From assembly GCF_006345805.1 (NCBI RefSeq), contig NC_043010.1, positions 34,658,001-34,722,000 on the forward strand: a DNA stretch of 64,000 nt, given 5' to 3'. This document shows positions 13,051-25,985 of the stretch, piece after piece. The first letter of the stretch is position 1. The number at the start of each line of letters is the position of its first letter. The notes beneath the pieces were generated by a model, which made no database searches, was not told the DNA's origin, and saw nothing but the letters and a program-made list of their open reading frames with translations. The position numbers were made by a program, and so were the translations under genes. This stretch comes from Octopus sinensis (lineage: Eukaryota).

Positions 13051-13892
13051 GAGGATAGGTTAGGGAAACAGGAGATAGAACTCTATACATAATATAGAGT
13101 ATTGATATTAATTTATGTAATAGTCGGGAAGTTACATCAATGCTTCAAAGATTTACTTAGAAGTTTCGTGCTAGAACACTTGTCGTAATTATCATAACTG
13201 TCATGTGTGTGTGTATGTATGTATGTATGTATGTATGTATGTATGTATGTATGTATGTATGTATGTATGTATGTATGTATGTATGTGTGTGTGTATGTAT
13301 GTATGTTCACGTATATGTGCGTATGTATTTATGTATATATATACATGTGTGTATTATGTATGTATATATATATGTTTGTATATATATATATTGTACGTAT
13401 ATGTATGTATGTGTATACATATTTATGCGTGTATGTGTGGTTGTATTTATATATATATATATATAATATATATATAGATATATATATACACAAACAAAAT
13501 TGTGTATGTGTATGTGTGTGTGTATTTGTATGAATATATAGAGCATATATGCATGTACATACAAGCATATAAACATAACTGCGCACATACGCATCGACAT
13601 ACTGTAAGACCCGTGCAAGTCTACTCAAACACACGCACACTTACATGCACACTCGTACATACATGTACACATACATGAATGCGCACGTGCACACATACAT
13701 GCACCACATGTGTGCATATATACGCATATTCGCTTCTGCACGTGCGTGTCTGCATACCCATCTCACTACGCGTGCACACGTGTTTTTATGCATGAATGAA
13801 CGCAAATGAACAGATGAGTGTACATACATTACGATGTGCGTGTGCAGCAGATATACAATTAACAAATATATATGCATGCATACATACATACA

Positions 13893-13924
<32 letters not shown>

Positions 13925-14419
13925 CATACATACATGCATGCATGCATGCATGCATACATACATACATACATACATATATATATACATACATACATACGTA
14001 CATGTTTATATACAAATGCACACACACACAAGCTGCAATCGCAAACACTTTACATACAACTGTGCGTGTGTACACATGTGCGCATATAATATATTCATAT
14101 ATTGCACGAGTGTATGTATTTCTGTATATTGTATGTGTATGTGTGTATGTTGACTGCAGCCCTAGTACTTATTTCTGATTTAGACATATTTTATCAATAC
14201 CTCTTTATCGAACCGCTAACCTATGAGTCAAAAAGAACCTGAATTAGAACAAGGATGCAAATATACATGCATAATACGCATAATAATTTCTTCGACCGAA
14301 TTTTACGCATAAAGAATTTGTCCACTTGTGTAAGGTAGCGGCGTAGTGACATCGAACTTGGAACTACGCGTTGGCAATGCGAAGTTCTTAATCATCACAT
14401 CGCTTTGCCAACACACACA

Positions 14420-14453
<34 letters not shown>

Positions 14454-14532
14454 ACACACACACACAAATAGGCATACCTACACTTGTGTCGCCCGCACTC
14501 TGTAGGAATACATAAAAAATATATATAATTGT

Positions 14533-14593
<61 letters not shown>

Positions 14594-14606
14594 CAGACAG
14601 GCTGAC

Positions 14607-14698
<92 letters not shown>

Positions 14699-14700
14699 CA
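12270..14700. repeat. Microsatellite field: (TA)n, (TATG)n, (CATA)n, (CA)n, (GATA)n
   Basis: Read directly. Confidence 0.93.
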
Positions 14701-14799
14701 CTGAGGCATACAAACACACATATATACGTATTTTATATTCTATATAACAACAGAGAGTAATTAGTCGGAAGTCTGTTGGTGATTGAATATATTATGCAA

Positions 14800-15290
14800 T
14801 GAAGCTTTTGCACGCTCCGACTCCTTTTTATAGATCTTCCTCACCCCTCTTTCTCTCACCACTTTATACCTTCTCTCTTTTTTCTTCTCGTGTTTGTCTT
14901 CAGTGTCTGTTTAACTCTTTTATTCCTGTTGCATTCCTCTCCACTTTTGTCTCTTATTTTCTGTCAGTCATTCCTCTTATCTACTCTCTCATTCTTTCTC
15001 TTTCTCGTGCTCTCTCTCTCTCTCTCTGTTTCTTTCTCATTCTTTGTCTTTCTTTCTCTCTCATTCTCTCGTGCTTTCTTTCCTTCTCTCTTTCCCCCTC
15101 TCTCTTTCGCTGTCTTTCTAACCACTATCACCAGTTTTTTTTTAAACGCACCAATATTCGTTCCCCTTCTTTCCATACTTTCTTTTCTCTCTCTCCTCTC
15201 TCTCCATCTTCTCTCTTTAATCTTCCTATCTTTAGCAGTCTTTTATTAAGATGTACCGATATTCAGTCTACCTCCTTCCATATTGTGTTT

Positions 15291-15329
<39 letters not shown>

Positions 15330-15700
15330 TCACTACCCATTCCCGCTCCCACCTTCTCTCTGTTTCTCACTCTGTATCTCTACGTTTCTCCGCCTTAAAA
15401 CATCATGCTTTTTCTCTCACCTACCTCATTCTTTCTCTTATTTTACCTATTACTGCCTGCATTGTCTTATTGTCTCTGACAATTTTTCTGTTTTTAATTC
15501 AACGAACTCTTTTTTTTTTTTACTCACATTGCTATTCCCGCCCTTCTGAAACTCTCTCGAATTCTGTCTCAGTCTAATCAGTATTTACTCTCTCTCTTTC
15601 TCTATCTCTCTTTTACCTTCTTACTCCCTTTCTCTCCATCTTTCTCTCACACTCTTTTACTTTATCTTCCGCTCTTAGTCCCTACTCCCACGTCCTTCCT
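14800..15700. repeat. ~900-bp CT-rich low-complexity polypyrimidine region
   Basis: Read directly; S/L/F-rich ORFs are compositional. Confidence 0.9.
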
Positions 15701-15829
15701 TAAAGAATATTTGTCCCATTCGGTCACAATAACCTCCAGCTGTATTATTTTACCTCTGACTAATACTTCCTACAAACGGCCCCCTATCTAAATCATTTAT
15801 GTCTGGTTCCATTTATATTTTTGCATATA

Positions 15830-16395
15830 TATATATATAAGGGACAGTGTAATAGCAGAGAAAGTACAGTGCTAGTCTCTATTCAGTCCACTCTACTGCC
15901 ACCTATATTTTGTGGGGTTATGCCAAAGTCAGATCTCTCTCTCTCTCTCACACACACACAGGGGAGGACAACATGAGTAATTTCTTTCTGGTTATTTTTT
16001 TCCCCTACCTGTTTGAAACCATTACATTGCATGTATTGCATCATCGTTTTGCAGTGTTGCATCATCTTTAGGAATAAAATTTTTGTCAGCATAGTTGTTA
16101 CTGTAGTTGAGAGAGTTTGAAACAGTTTTCAAGGAATTTTGCCTCAGCTTTGACCCGGTAGTAATTGAGGTTTCTAATAAAATATCTGGATAATTTTGGG
16201 TGTTTAGCAATCAATATCCTTTCCTCTGTTGGATTCCTAGTCAATTTTTTTCCCCCATACTAATGTCTAATTTGAACATTTTCAACTTTCAGAAAATGAT
16301 GTCTAAAATGGGATAAAATGAGTAATGACTATACAAATAACATAATGTGGTTGTAGGTCATAACATCTGGGCAACGCCGGGGTGTATTGATAGTT
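15830..16395 (+). mobile_element. Possible degenerate Helitron-like element
   Basis: 3' end ctgggcaacgccggggtgtattgatagt resembles the 3' end of 10125-10518, with CTAG decayed to ATAG; 5' boundary uncertain. Confidence 0.45.
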
Positions 16396-16848
16396 AAACA
16401 TAAAAATATATACATACGTGTATATATATGTGTTTTCCTTACCCGCTTGCTCACCCAATAAAAATTTGTCTATTCAATTACTCTCTCCTTTATCACTCTC
16501 TCATAGCAATACAATAATCCCTCAATAATCGGGGGTTTTGGTACCTTATAATTTAACACACTCACCGGTAAAATTTCCACTTATTTCTTATTTTTATTTT
16601 CCTAAAATTTTCGTTACTTCTTGCAACCTTTTCAATAGTCTTGACTCTGTCCGTTATTTACACTGTGTTCCTTTGTGTTTGTTTGTGTGCATGTGTGTGG
16701 GTCATAAATAACAGAGATGAAATTTTATTCAACAATAAGAAAATTCTAATATCATGACAAACTGTGTGTGAGTCCATGTCTTTATATATATATATAACAC
16801 ACACAAGCAAACACTGAGTATGAGTGCAAGTAAGAGAGAGAGGTAGAG

Positions 16849-16886
<38 letters not shown>

Positions 16887-17002
16887 AGAGAGAACCCTCA
16901 ACTTGCCATATATCTTATCCATTTTTAATCACTCTATTCTCTCCAATTCTATCATACTTTGATTTTTATCTTTTCTCTTACATTTTTTTCTCCCCTTTCC
17001 AG

Positions 17003-17071
17003 TCAGTTTCAATTTACAGGAATTTTCCAAGGAGTTAAAAAAAACCTAGCTTTTTACCCCAATATCAGCCT
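17003..17071 (+). CDS. Candidate 69-nt internal exon of an unidentified host gene
   Basis: Long polypyrimidine tract ending ...tcccctttccag, donor CT|GTATGT, open frame QFQFTGIFQGVKKNLAFYPNIS. No homology recognised. Confidence 0.25.
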
Positions 17072-17559
17072 GTATGTATTAAATGATGTATAAAAAAATA
17101 AAACAGTATGTGCAAAACCTTTCTCTTTTGAAATACCCACTTTTATTAATTTATCTATCTATTTATCTATTTATTTATCTATTTATTTATCTATTTATTT
17201 ATTTATCTATTTATTTATTTATTTATTTATTTTAGATCTTCTCTTTTTACATTATTCTTTAATTTTTGTTGTTTTATCATCAATTTACATCTTTAAAACC
17301 AGAAACAGTTACTCATTGCAAAGTATTTTTTTGAATACTTTATCAATAGGTACTGGTGTAGTTGTGTAGTCAAGAAGCTCGCTTTGCAACCATGTGGTTT
17401 TAGGTTCAGTTCCACTGCATGACAACTCTGGCAAGCGTCCAGACTGACCAAAGCCTTGAGTTGATTTGGCAAATGAAAACAGAATGGAAGTTTATCGTAT
17501 GTATGTATGTAAATACATACATACAGACATTCATACATAAAATTATGGTAACACTGTAT

Positions 17560-17845
17560 TGACCAGACTACTGGATATTATACATTGCTGGTCACAATGC
17601 GCTTTGCATTGTTTTAGCTATTGAACGATGCCACCCTGCTGGCTGAGCAAGCAAGCTCACGTTCCCCACTTATTGGAAGGCTAGTCCAATGAAGGTTTAC
17701 CCATTCACTGCTGAGTGGACTGCAGCAATGGAAAATGAAGTGTTTTGCTCAAGAACACAATGTATCACCCAGTCCAGGAATTGAACCCATGATCTAGCAA
17801 TTGGAAGTGCAACACCCTAACCACTTGGCTATGTGCCTTCATGCA
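17560..17845 (-). mobile_element. SINE family B, CpG-decayed
   Basis: Head ...gaaggcacatagccaagtggttaggg...gggttcaattcc on the minus strand. Confidence 0.75.
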
Positions 17846-18866
17846 CACACACACACACACAAATATATATAGATATAGGCGGAAGCTGATGCCCCAGCAT
17901 GGCCTCAATCTAATGACTGAAACAAGTAAAAAATAAAAGACGTGTGTAAGTGTGTGTGCATGTGTGTATGTGTACATATATGTGTGTGTGTGTGTGTGTG
18001 TGTACATGTTTGTGTGTGTGTGTGTGCATATGTGTGTATGTGTGTGTGTGTGTGTATGTGTACATATATGTGTGTGTGTGTGTGTGTGTGTACATGTTTG
18101 TGTGTGTGTGTGTGTGCATATGTGTGTATGTGTGTCTATGTACATATGTTTGTGTGTGTGTGTGTGTGTTCAGCTTACAGGTTTCACCAATTTTACATAT
18201 GACAAATACACTTACTCACCAGTAACTGTACTATAGGATCTTAATTGTAATATTCTTTAATAATTACTTTGGTAAATCATAAAGGTAGGTATAATTCTGA
18301 CTGAAGAGTCAGCTGAAATGATGCGAAGATGAAGATAATGATGATAATGATCACGATATCATGATGTTGGTGCTGTTGATGATGGGTAGGGTAAAGATGA
18401 TGATGATGATGATGATGATGGATAGCTGTATTGATAACGATGGTGCTGTTGATGATGGTAATTGTGGCGATGGTGATTGTAGCTGTGATGATGATGATGA
18501 TGATGATAGAGCTGATGAATACTCCACCCACCCATAGAAAAAGAAATATGTAATTCTGTTCTAATAGATATCTGAAGAATTTTAATGCAAATTAAGTAGT
18601 TGTTGGTTTGGTAAGGAGAGAGAAGTGGGTGAGGAAAATCTTCAAAGAATTTCCATGAAAAAAAAAGAAGAAAAGAACTGAAAAATAAATAGAAATAAAA
18701 AAAATAACATGGAATTTAAAGAATGCAAAAAATGGTGAATTGTCAAAAATTAGTTAGAGTGCAGGATAGAATGCTTTGCATTATTTGTTCCAGACCTCTG
18801 TGACCTGTGTTCAAATCCTGCTGAGATCTGCTTTGTCTTTCATCGTTATTGGGGTTGATAAATGAA

Positions 18867-19180
18867 GTGTGAAGGTGCATGGCTTAGTGGATAGGGTATT
18901 TGGCTCATGACTGTGAGGTTGTGAGTTCAATTCCTGGAGAAGCATTGTGTTCTTGAGCAAGATACTTTATTTCATGTTGCTCCAGTCCACTCACCTAGCA
19001 AAAATGAGTTGTACCTGTAAATCGAAGGGGCTGGCCTTGTCACACTCTGTGCCATGCTGAATCTCCCTGAGAAGTACGTTAAGAGTACATGTGTCAGTGG
19101 AGTGCTCAATTACTTGCATGTGAATGTTCTGTTGATCAAATCAACTGGAAGCGGCATCATTGTAACTGATGGAGAGCCAG
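18867..19180 (+). mobile_element. SINE family B
   Basis: gtgaaggtgcatggcttagtgg (A box) ... gagttcaattcc (B box); body matches 42920-43300 in reverse. Confidence 0.8.
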
Positions 19181-19354
19181 GCCAAAAATGAAGTACCAAA
19201 CAGTTCTTGATGGTGGACTGGAAGAATTGTTGAAATATTGGACAAGATGCCTTGTGGTATATATCACATCTTTTTGCATTCTGAGTTCAAATACCATATT
19301 CTATCATGGGTCTCTTCAAGGCATGGAAACACAATCTTTGGGACTCAGCTAATA

Positions 19355-19697
19355 TTAGATCTTCAGGGTCCGATGGTACTGGCATTCTATCAGTTATGAT
19401 GTTCCAGCTGATTCAATTAACAGAACAGTCTGCTTGTGAAATTAATGTGCAAGTGACTAAGTACCCCACAGACACTTGTACCCTTAATATAGTTCTCGGG
19501 GGGATTCAGCATGGTACAGACTGTGAGAAGGCTGGTGCTTTGAATTACTGGTACAACTCATTTTTGCCAGCTGAATGGACTAGAACAACATGAAATAAAG
19601 TGTCTTGCTCAAGGTCACAAGGCACTGCCAGAAATCGAACTCACAGGCTTACAATCATGAGCCGAATAACCTAACCACTGAGCCATGCACCTTCATA
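19355..19697 (-). mobile_element. SINE family B, inverted relative to 18867-19180
   Basis: Reverse-complement homology; head atgaaggtgcatggctcagtggttagg. Confidence 0.8.
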
Positions 19698-20154
19698 CTG
19701 TCAAATGGAGTGATGTATTGATCAGAACAGCATCTCACATCAAGCTACATGAGTGTCTTCCCTTTTAAGCATGTTGATATATATGCTTATATACCTGTTG
19801 AGTCATTTGTCCACTCTCAGTAATAAAAGCAATTAAATATCACTGTGCTGCCTAAGTGAGTGCACTTCTATCAGTCTGTCCATCCGTCTGTCAGTCTGTC
19901 TGTCTGCCTATTATTTATCTATATCTATGCACACACACACACACACACACACTCATACCTCATATTTAAAGAGAGAGAGAGAGGGCGGGAGGAAGAGTGT
20001 GTGTATATACAGATGGAAAGACAGACAGATAGAAATACAGAAAGACTGACGGCCAGCCAGTCAGTCAGCCAGCCAGTCAGTCAGCCAGTCAGCCATATCC
20101 AGCCAGCCAGTCAGCCAGACAGCCAGTCAGCCAGTCAGCCAGACAGACAGACAG

Positions 20155-20185
<31 letters not shown>

Positions 20186-21425
20186 TAGATTGATAGATAC
20201 ATACATACATACATACATATATACATGCATGCATATATACATACATATATACATACATACATACATACATACATGCATGCATACATACATATATACATGC
20301 ATGCAGCATACATACGTACATGCATGCATGCATACATACATACATACATATATACATACATACATACATATACATACATATATACTTACATACATACATA
20401 TATACATGCATACATACAAACATACAAACAAACATACATACATACATACATACATACATACATACATACATACATACATACATACACACACACACAGTCT
20501 ATGAAAATTATCAAAAATACCCACCTACAACCTGTTATCACAACCACAAAAATGACCAACAGTTTGATAATACTATTTGAAAAGGACTCAAAATATCTGG
20601 TTGAAACTGTTTTTAGCCTCAAATCCCATTGGCTTAGTGTCATTTGGCAAGGAGTCAAGCCATATTATTAAAGAGGCTTCCTAATCTGCCAATGTCTTAT
20701 CATGGAGATGCAGCAAAGTGGGTGACGTCAGAGCAAAAATCCTTATTTACAGGACATATCTCATTGATTTAGTTGTTGCTTTTATTGTTGTTATTGGTTG
20801 ATTTAAGTACGTGTAGACACACACACACGCACACACATACACATGCATATATGACCAGTAGAGATCTTGGAAAGCCATAGCTCAAATAAAGACTCAGCAT
20901 ACAATTATGTAGTGTGTGTATTTGTGTGTGTGTGTATGTGTGCATGTGTATGTGAGTGTGTGTGTATGTATGTATGTATGTATGTATGTATGTATGTATG
21001 TATTTACATATGTATGTTTTATGTATGTACCCCCCTCTCTCTCTATATATATATATAATTATTATTATTTGAGGGAATAAAATCCAAAACTTAGAAGGAA
21101 AAAAATTCAATTTAGAAATACTAAATCAAATTTCACACAATATCATATATATAAATAAAATTAGAAAAAAACCCACCTTTTATCAATTCAAAATGAACAA
21201 TTAAATTACACCATCTAGAAAATTACATATAAATAGAAATATTAACATTAAAATAACAATAAAATATATACAAATTATACACGTTATTGTTATTATTTTT
21301 TTGCAATTTACTTAATCATTGACATTTTATTGTTATTTTAATGTTAATATTTCTATTATATGTAATTTTCTAGATGGTGTAATTTTAATTGTTCATTTTG
21401 AATTGATAAAAGGTGTTTTTTTTTC

Positions 21426-21471
<46 letters not shown>

Positions 21472-21852
21472 GCAAAGTGAAATTGTAAGGCACTGCATGA
21501 GTGGAAATATATATGAAAGAAGAACTCCCCAACCACTACGTCATGCATCAATACCAGGCTGTGCATCATTACTGGACCATAACGGAAGAACGAATTAAAA
21601 AATTTTACTTCTATTTTATTGACTGCTGTAATCAGCAGGCAGATTTTGCATTATATATGTATCATATATGTAAGCGAAATTCTTAATGACATTTCGTTCA
21701 ACTTTACATTCTGAGTACAAATTCCGCTGAGGTCTACTTTGCCTTTCATCCTTTTAGGATCAATAAAATAATGCCAGTTAAGCACTGGGGCTGATGTAAT
21801 TGACTTACTATCTCCCCCAAACTTGCTGACCCTGTACTAAAATTTGAAACCA

Positions 21853-21883
<31 letters not shown>

Positions 21884-23127
21884 GTAATAATTAAATCATA
21901 TACTATACATTTTATTGTATTCTGTCATGCACATAAGCCTCTGTTGTTCAGGCAAGCTCATAAATATGCTGGATACATACAGATGCACACACATACATAC
22001 ATATATACATATGCATACACACACATATATACATACATACACATGCAAACACACACACATACATACATACATGCATGCATTTATAGGCACACACACACAC
22101 ACACACTGACCCACACACATGCGCACAAACGAACTAAAGGAAACGCAGTGTAAATAACGGACAGAGTCAAAACTATTGAAAAGGTTGCAAGACGCAACGA
22201 AAATTTTAGGACAATAATAATAAGAAAAAAGTGGAAATTTTACCGGTGAGTGTGTTAAATAATAAGGTACAAAAATAAAATGACTCTCCCCAGACACAAC
22301 AGAATATGCTTCAACACACAAACTCATATAAAGAATCTTGCAAACCAAATCCAAAAACGAAACATAAGCCTCTGTTGTTCAAAAATAACTGTTTTGCATG
22401 AAACCAATCCAAGGGACAGAAACAGGTTGGGGGTCAACTGATATAAAGCATGTAACTACTTTAATGTTGCTGATAAGACATAAGAAGACATGAAACATGT
22501 TGGTGAATCATTTATAAGTCCTTGTATAAAAGACCTCATCTTGAGTATGTTTTATGTATATTCTGTTGAAAATGTTTGTGTCATGTCCTGTTTCCAACAC
22601 TACTTTATCAAGGTATATTAATGATATTACCAATAACATTAAAGTTTAATGTGTTTTGTATTTACATGTATGTAATGCTTATGCATTACAACAAGGTAAG
22701 TCTACAGATTTTGCTTGGCTGGCAACTTTACATCATTTTGTCTGATATGACTAAGTTATAGAGAAAACTGAAAGATTGTGCTTATTTGCAATTTTTGAAT
22801 AACACACCATAGTAAATAAGGTATTTGCTTATTGTCTTAGCTTTATCACTGCGGTATGCAATAAAAGAGCAAAACAATGATAGGAAAAGTAGCTGATGCT
22901 GCAGACACAAATCAAGAATATTGCAAAAACATTGTAACAGTAATCACTGCATTCTTCACAAACATGTATTAGTAACAAAAAAAAAAAATTCTGTTGCATT
23001 ACAATCAGTTTTAGACAAAGCAGTGCTGAATGCTAATAGTTTTAGCATCTTTTTATTATCAGCATTTCAAAATATAACAAAATGATTAAAAAATTATAGC
23101 TTATATATTGTGTGTTTGTGTGTGTGC

Positions 23128-23375
23128 GTGCAGAGGCACACGGCTTAGTTGTTAGGGTGTTGCACCCATGATTGTAAGATCACAGATTTTGATTCCTGGA
23201 CTAGGGATGTGCTTTGTTCTTGAGCAAAATACTGTATTACACTTTGCTCCAGTCAATTCAGCTGGCAAAAGGGAATAACACAGCAATGGACTGGCATCCT
23301 GTTCAGGAAGTGGGGGAATATATACATCACAGAATTCAAGAAACCAGTGTTATGAGTCTATTGCTTAGGAAGAAC
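23128..23375 (+). mobile_element. SINE family B variant
   Basis: gcagaggcacacggcttagttgttaggg...gattcc head, ttcttgagcaaa core. Confidence 0.7.
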
Positions 23376-24339
23376 CCTTGATCTTTTTTTATGTGTGTAC
23401 AGGAAAATCAGTTATGATTTTATTCAGCATATTTCCCTCTCAGATTCACACACTTATTGCAGTGGTTCTTCAGCTTTCTAAGCCCTGTAAAAATGCTTGG
23501 AAGGTTGGGTCTCCAACCAGGTCTTTCATGATACCCTTAAAGTCAGGAACTTTTCAGCACCTCCTCATATAAGTATCGTAAATACATAAAAAATATATAT
23601 ATATGGATATAGATTTAGTTCATACATACATACATACATACACACATACATACATACATACATACATACATACATACATACATACACACATACATACATA
23701 CATACACACATACACACACATATGTATGGTGCAGTCATGACTGTGTGGTTAAGAAGTTCACTTCCCAACCACATGGTTTCAGGTTCAGTCTTATGGCTCA
23801 TCACCTTGAGCAAATGTCTTCTACCACAGCCTTGGATTGACCAAAGACTTGTTTGCAGATTCAGAAGACCAAAACTGAAAGATCTGTGGAATAAAGAATC
23901 AGATAACCCATACTCAAGAAAAGAGGTAAAGTTGGGGAACAGGAAGGGTGTCTGTCTGTAAAACAATGTCCTAATAATATATTCACCTGACCCATGGAAA
24001 AAGAGATGCAAGAACAAAGTAGCACTCTATGTATGGCATGTATGAACGGATGGATGCATGCGTGCATGTCTGCGTGCGTGTATGTGCATGTATGTGCGTG
24101 TGTGTGTGCACGCCCCCCACACACACACAATACAAGATTATATCAAAGCACCATGGGCTGTTTTTTTTATTTAAATGACACACAGACACATACATACATA
24201 CATACATACATGTGTATATATTTGCCTGGTAAGTACATCTCCAACACACTCGCACGCACATAAGAATAAAGTGTCTTTCTCTAAAGATTTTCTGTTTCAT
24301 ATGATGTCATAAAAAATGTTGGAACTGGAGATTATCCAA

Positions 24340-25430
24340 AAAGTTTAACAGAGGATTCCAAATTAAAACAAATTAGGGAAAACTAGCCGAACCGTTCCAT
24401 CAACTTTTCCCGTGTCATACGTCTGTCAAGCTTCTTTACTTCAAAGCGTCAACAAATTCTGAGAGTTACCTCCCTTGATTTCCAGTTGTCGCAGAGGATG
24501 AGCAATGACCTTATAAAACATAATCTAGCCATTAAAAGTTATCTCCCTTGTTTTATTCGTTAACGCGCTGACCATTCCGTTACACATTTCATTGCCCGTA
24601 GCTGTCGTGTGTAATGCCTAGTTATTGTCTCCTTTACTTTCTCTCTCCTTGTGCCTCTCCTTTCTCTCCCCCATAGTCTCTCTTTGTCACACTGTCATAT
24701 ATTCTTTCTCCCTCTATTCCTCATATATACCAACGCTTTCATTCACTCCCCTCTCTTAAACATTCAATTTTCTCATGTATTTATAATCTCTCACACACAA
24801 AATTCGCAAACACGCTGGTTTTCTCGGTTTCTCTCTTTCTCTCTCTTTTCTCTCTCACGCATACGGCTTTCTGTCACATTTACACTCTCTTTGTCACTCC
24901 CTCCCTCACTCTAGTTTTCTCTCTCTGTCTCTCTTAAGCACATGCACTGATTTTCTCTGACGGTTTAAACTATCTCTTTTACTTTCTCCTCAACACCATC
25001 TTTTTCTAAAATATGTCTCTCTCTCTCACTTTGACTCTTTGTCACATGCTTGCTCTACTTCCACACAAGCAAACGAGGAAGCTTCTACGTGATCGTTCTC
25101 CCTATTAGAAATCGCAGTTGAATCGCCCTCAAACAACACTCCCAATGTCTTTTAAAAGGTGACAACATGCTGGACAGTGTAGTCCTGAATACTTAGTACG
25201 CAGGAAAAAGCCATTTAACAATTTTGAACATGGCTCTGCTTAGTCAGCACCGTCTCCGCCGCTGCCACCACTGCCGCCACGACGACGACGACCACCACCA
25301 CCACCAGCTCCCTCCCTCCTCCCCTCCTCCTCCTTCTCCTCTGATTTTCCTTTTTCTCCATGTGAACAGATCACATATCAGCCCCTCCAATTCCTTCTCC
25401 CTCACTTCGTGGACACGAAAGTAATTAAAG
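24340..25430. promoter_or_regulatory. CpG-retaining island, probable promoter / first-exon region
   Basis: Many CG dinucleotides between CpG-poor flanks; GC-rich triplet segment 25245-25340; possible donor ACGAAA|GTAATT at ~25420; AGTTAYCTCCCTTG twice (24464, 24537). Confidence 0.45.
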
Positions 25431-25699
25431 AGCACAATTCACAGTGTGGCTTGCAGTGGTTGTTGTTGCTGTTGTTGTTGTTGGCTATGAATTGTGACTG
25501 AAGGTATTCCAGCTGAAACCAACCCATGTTTTTTTGTTGTTTTTTTTTTTTCAGTTATATTGTAAAGGAAACATTATCTAACATGTCATTCCTTTTAGAG
25601 TCTTGTGGCTACAACTAGCATGTTGAATATTCTTTCTCTCTTTCATAGGTGCTGTTTTTTTATCAATACTGAGAATTTCCCATTAATTGCATATTACAA

Positions 25700-25985
25700 A
25701 TGAAGAGGAACTTATGTAAAGAGCTGAGCTGGAAATTTTACAAGATATTTTGAGGAAAAGGAGTCACATTATTGAAAATGTCCTGCATTTGAAAGAGCAA
25801 AGGATATCTCAAAGAGCAGTGGAATAGATACCAGAAAGTGGAAATGGAGAAGAAGGAGACCATATTAAGCTTGTAGGGGAAAAACTTCTACATCTCCAGG
25901 ATGATCTGCAGCAAGTGATAATAATATGGGAAAACAGAACCCAATTGTCAACAAAATTGTGTCAAATTAGACAAGTGTAAGGTGA
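25700..25985 (+). mobile_element. Degenerate RTE LINE 3' fragment
   Basis: RAVE*IPESG then (frameshift) KWRRRRP resembles RTE RALxWxPxGKRRRGRP; stops and frameshifts present. Confidence 0.55.

Noticed and set aside
22165-22212. Hammerhead-like GTTGC-loop-GCAAC-GAAA (also reverse at ~16600-16650)
   Set aside because: Upstream core reads TTGAAAAG in both copies and no stem I pairing forms.
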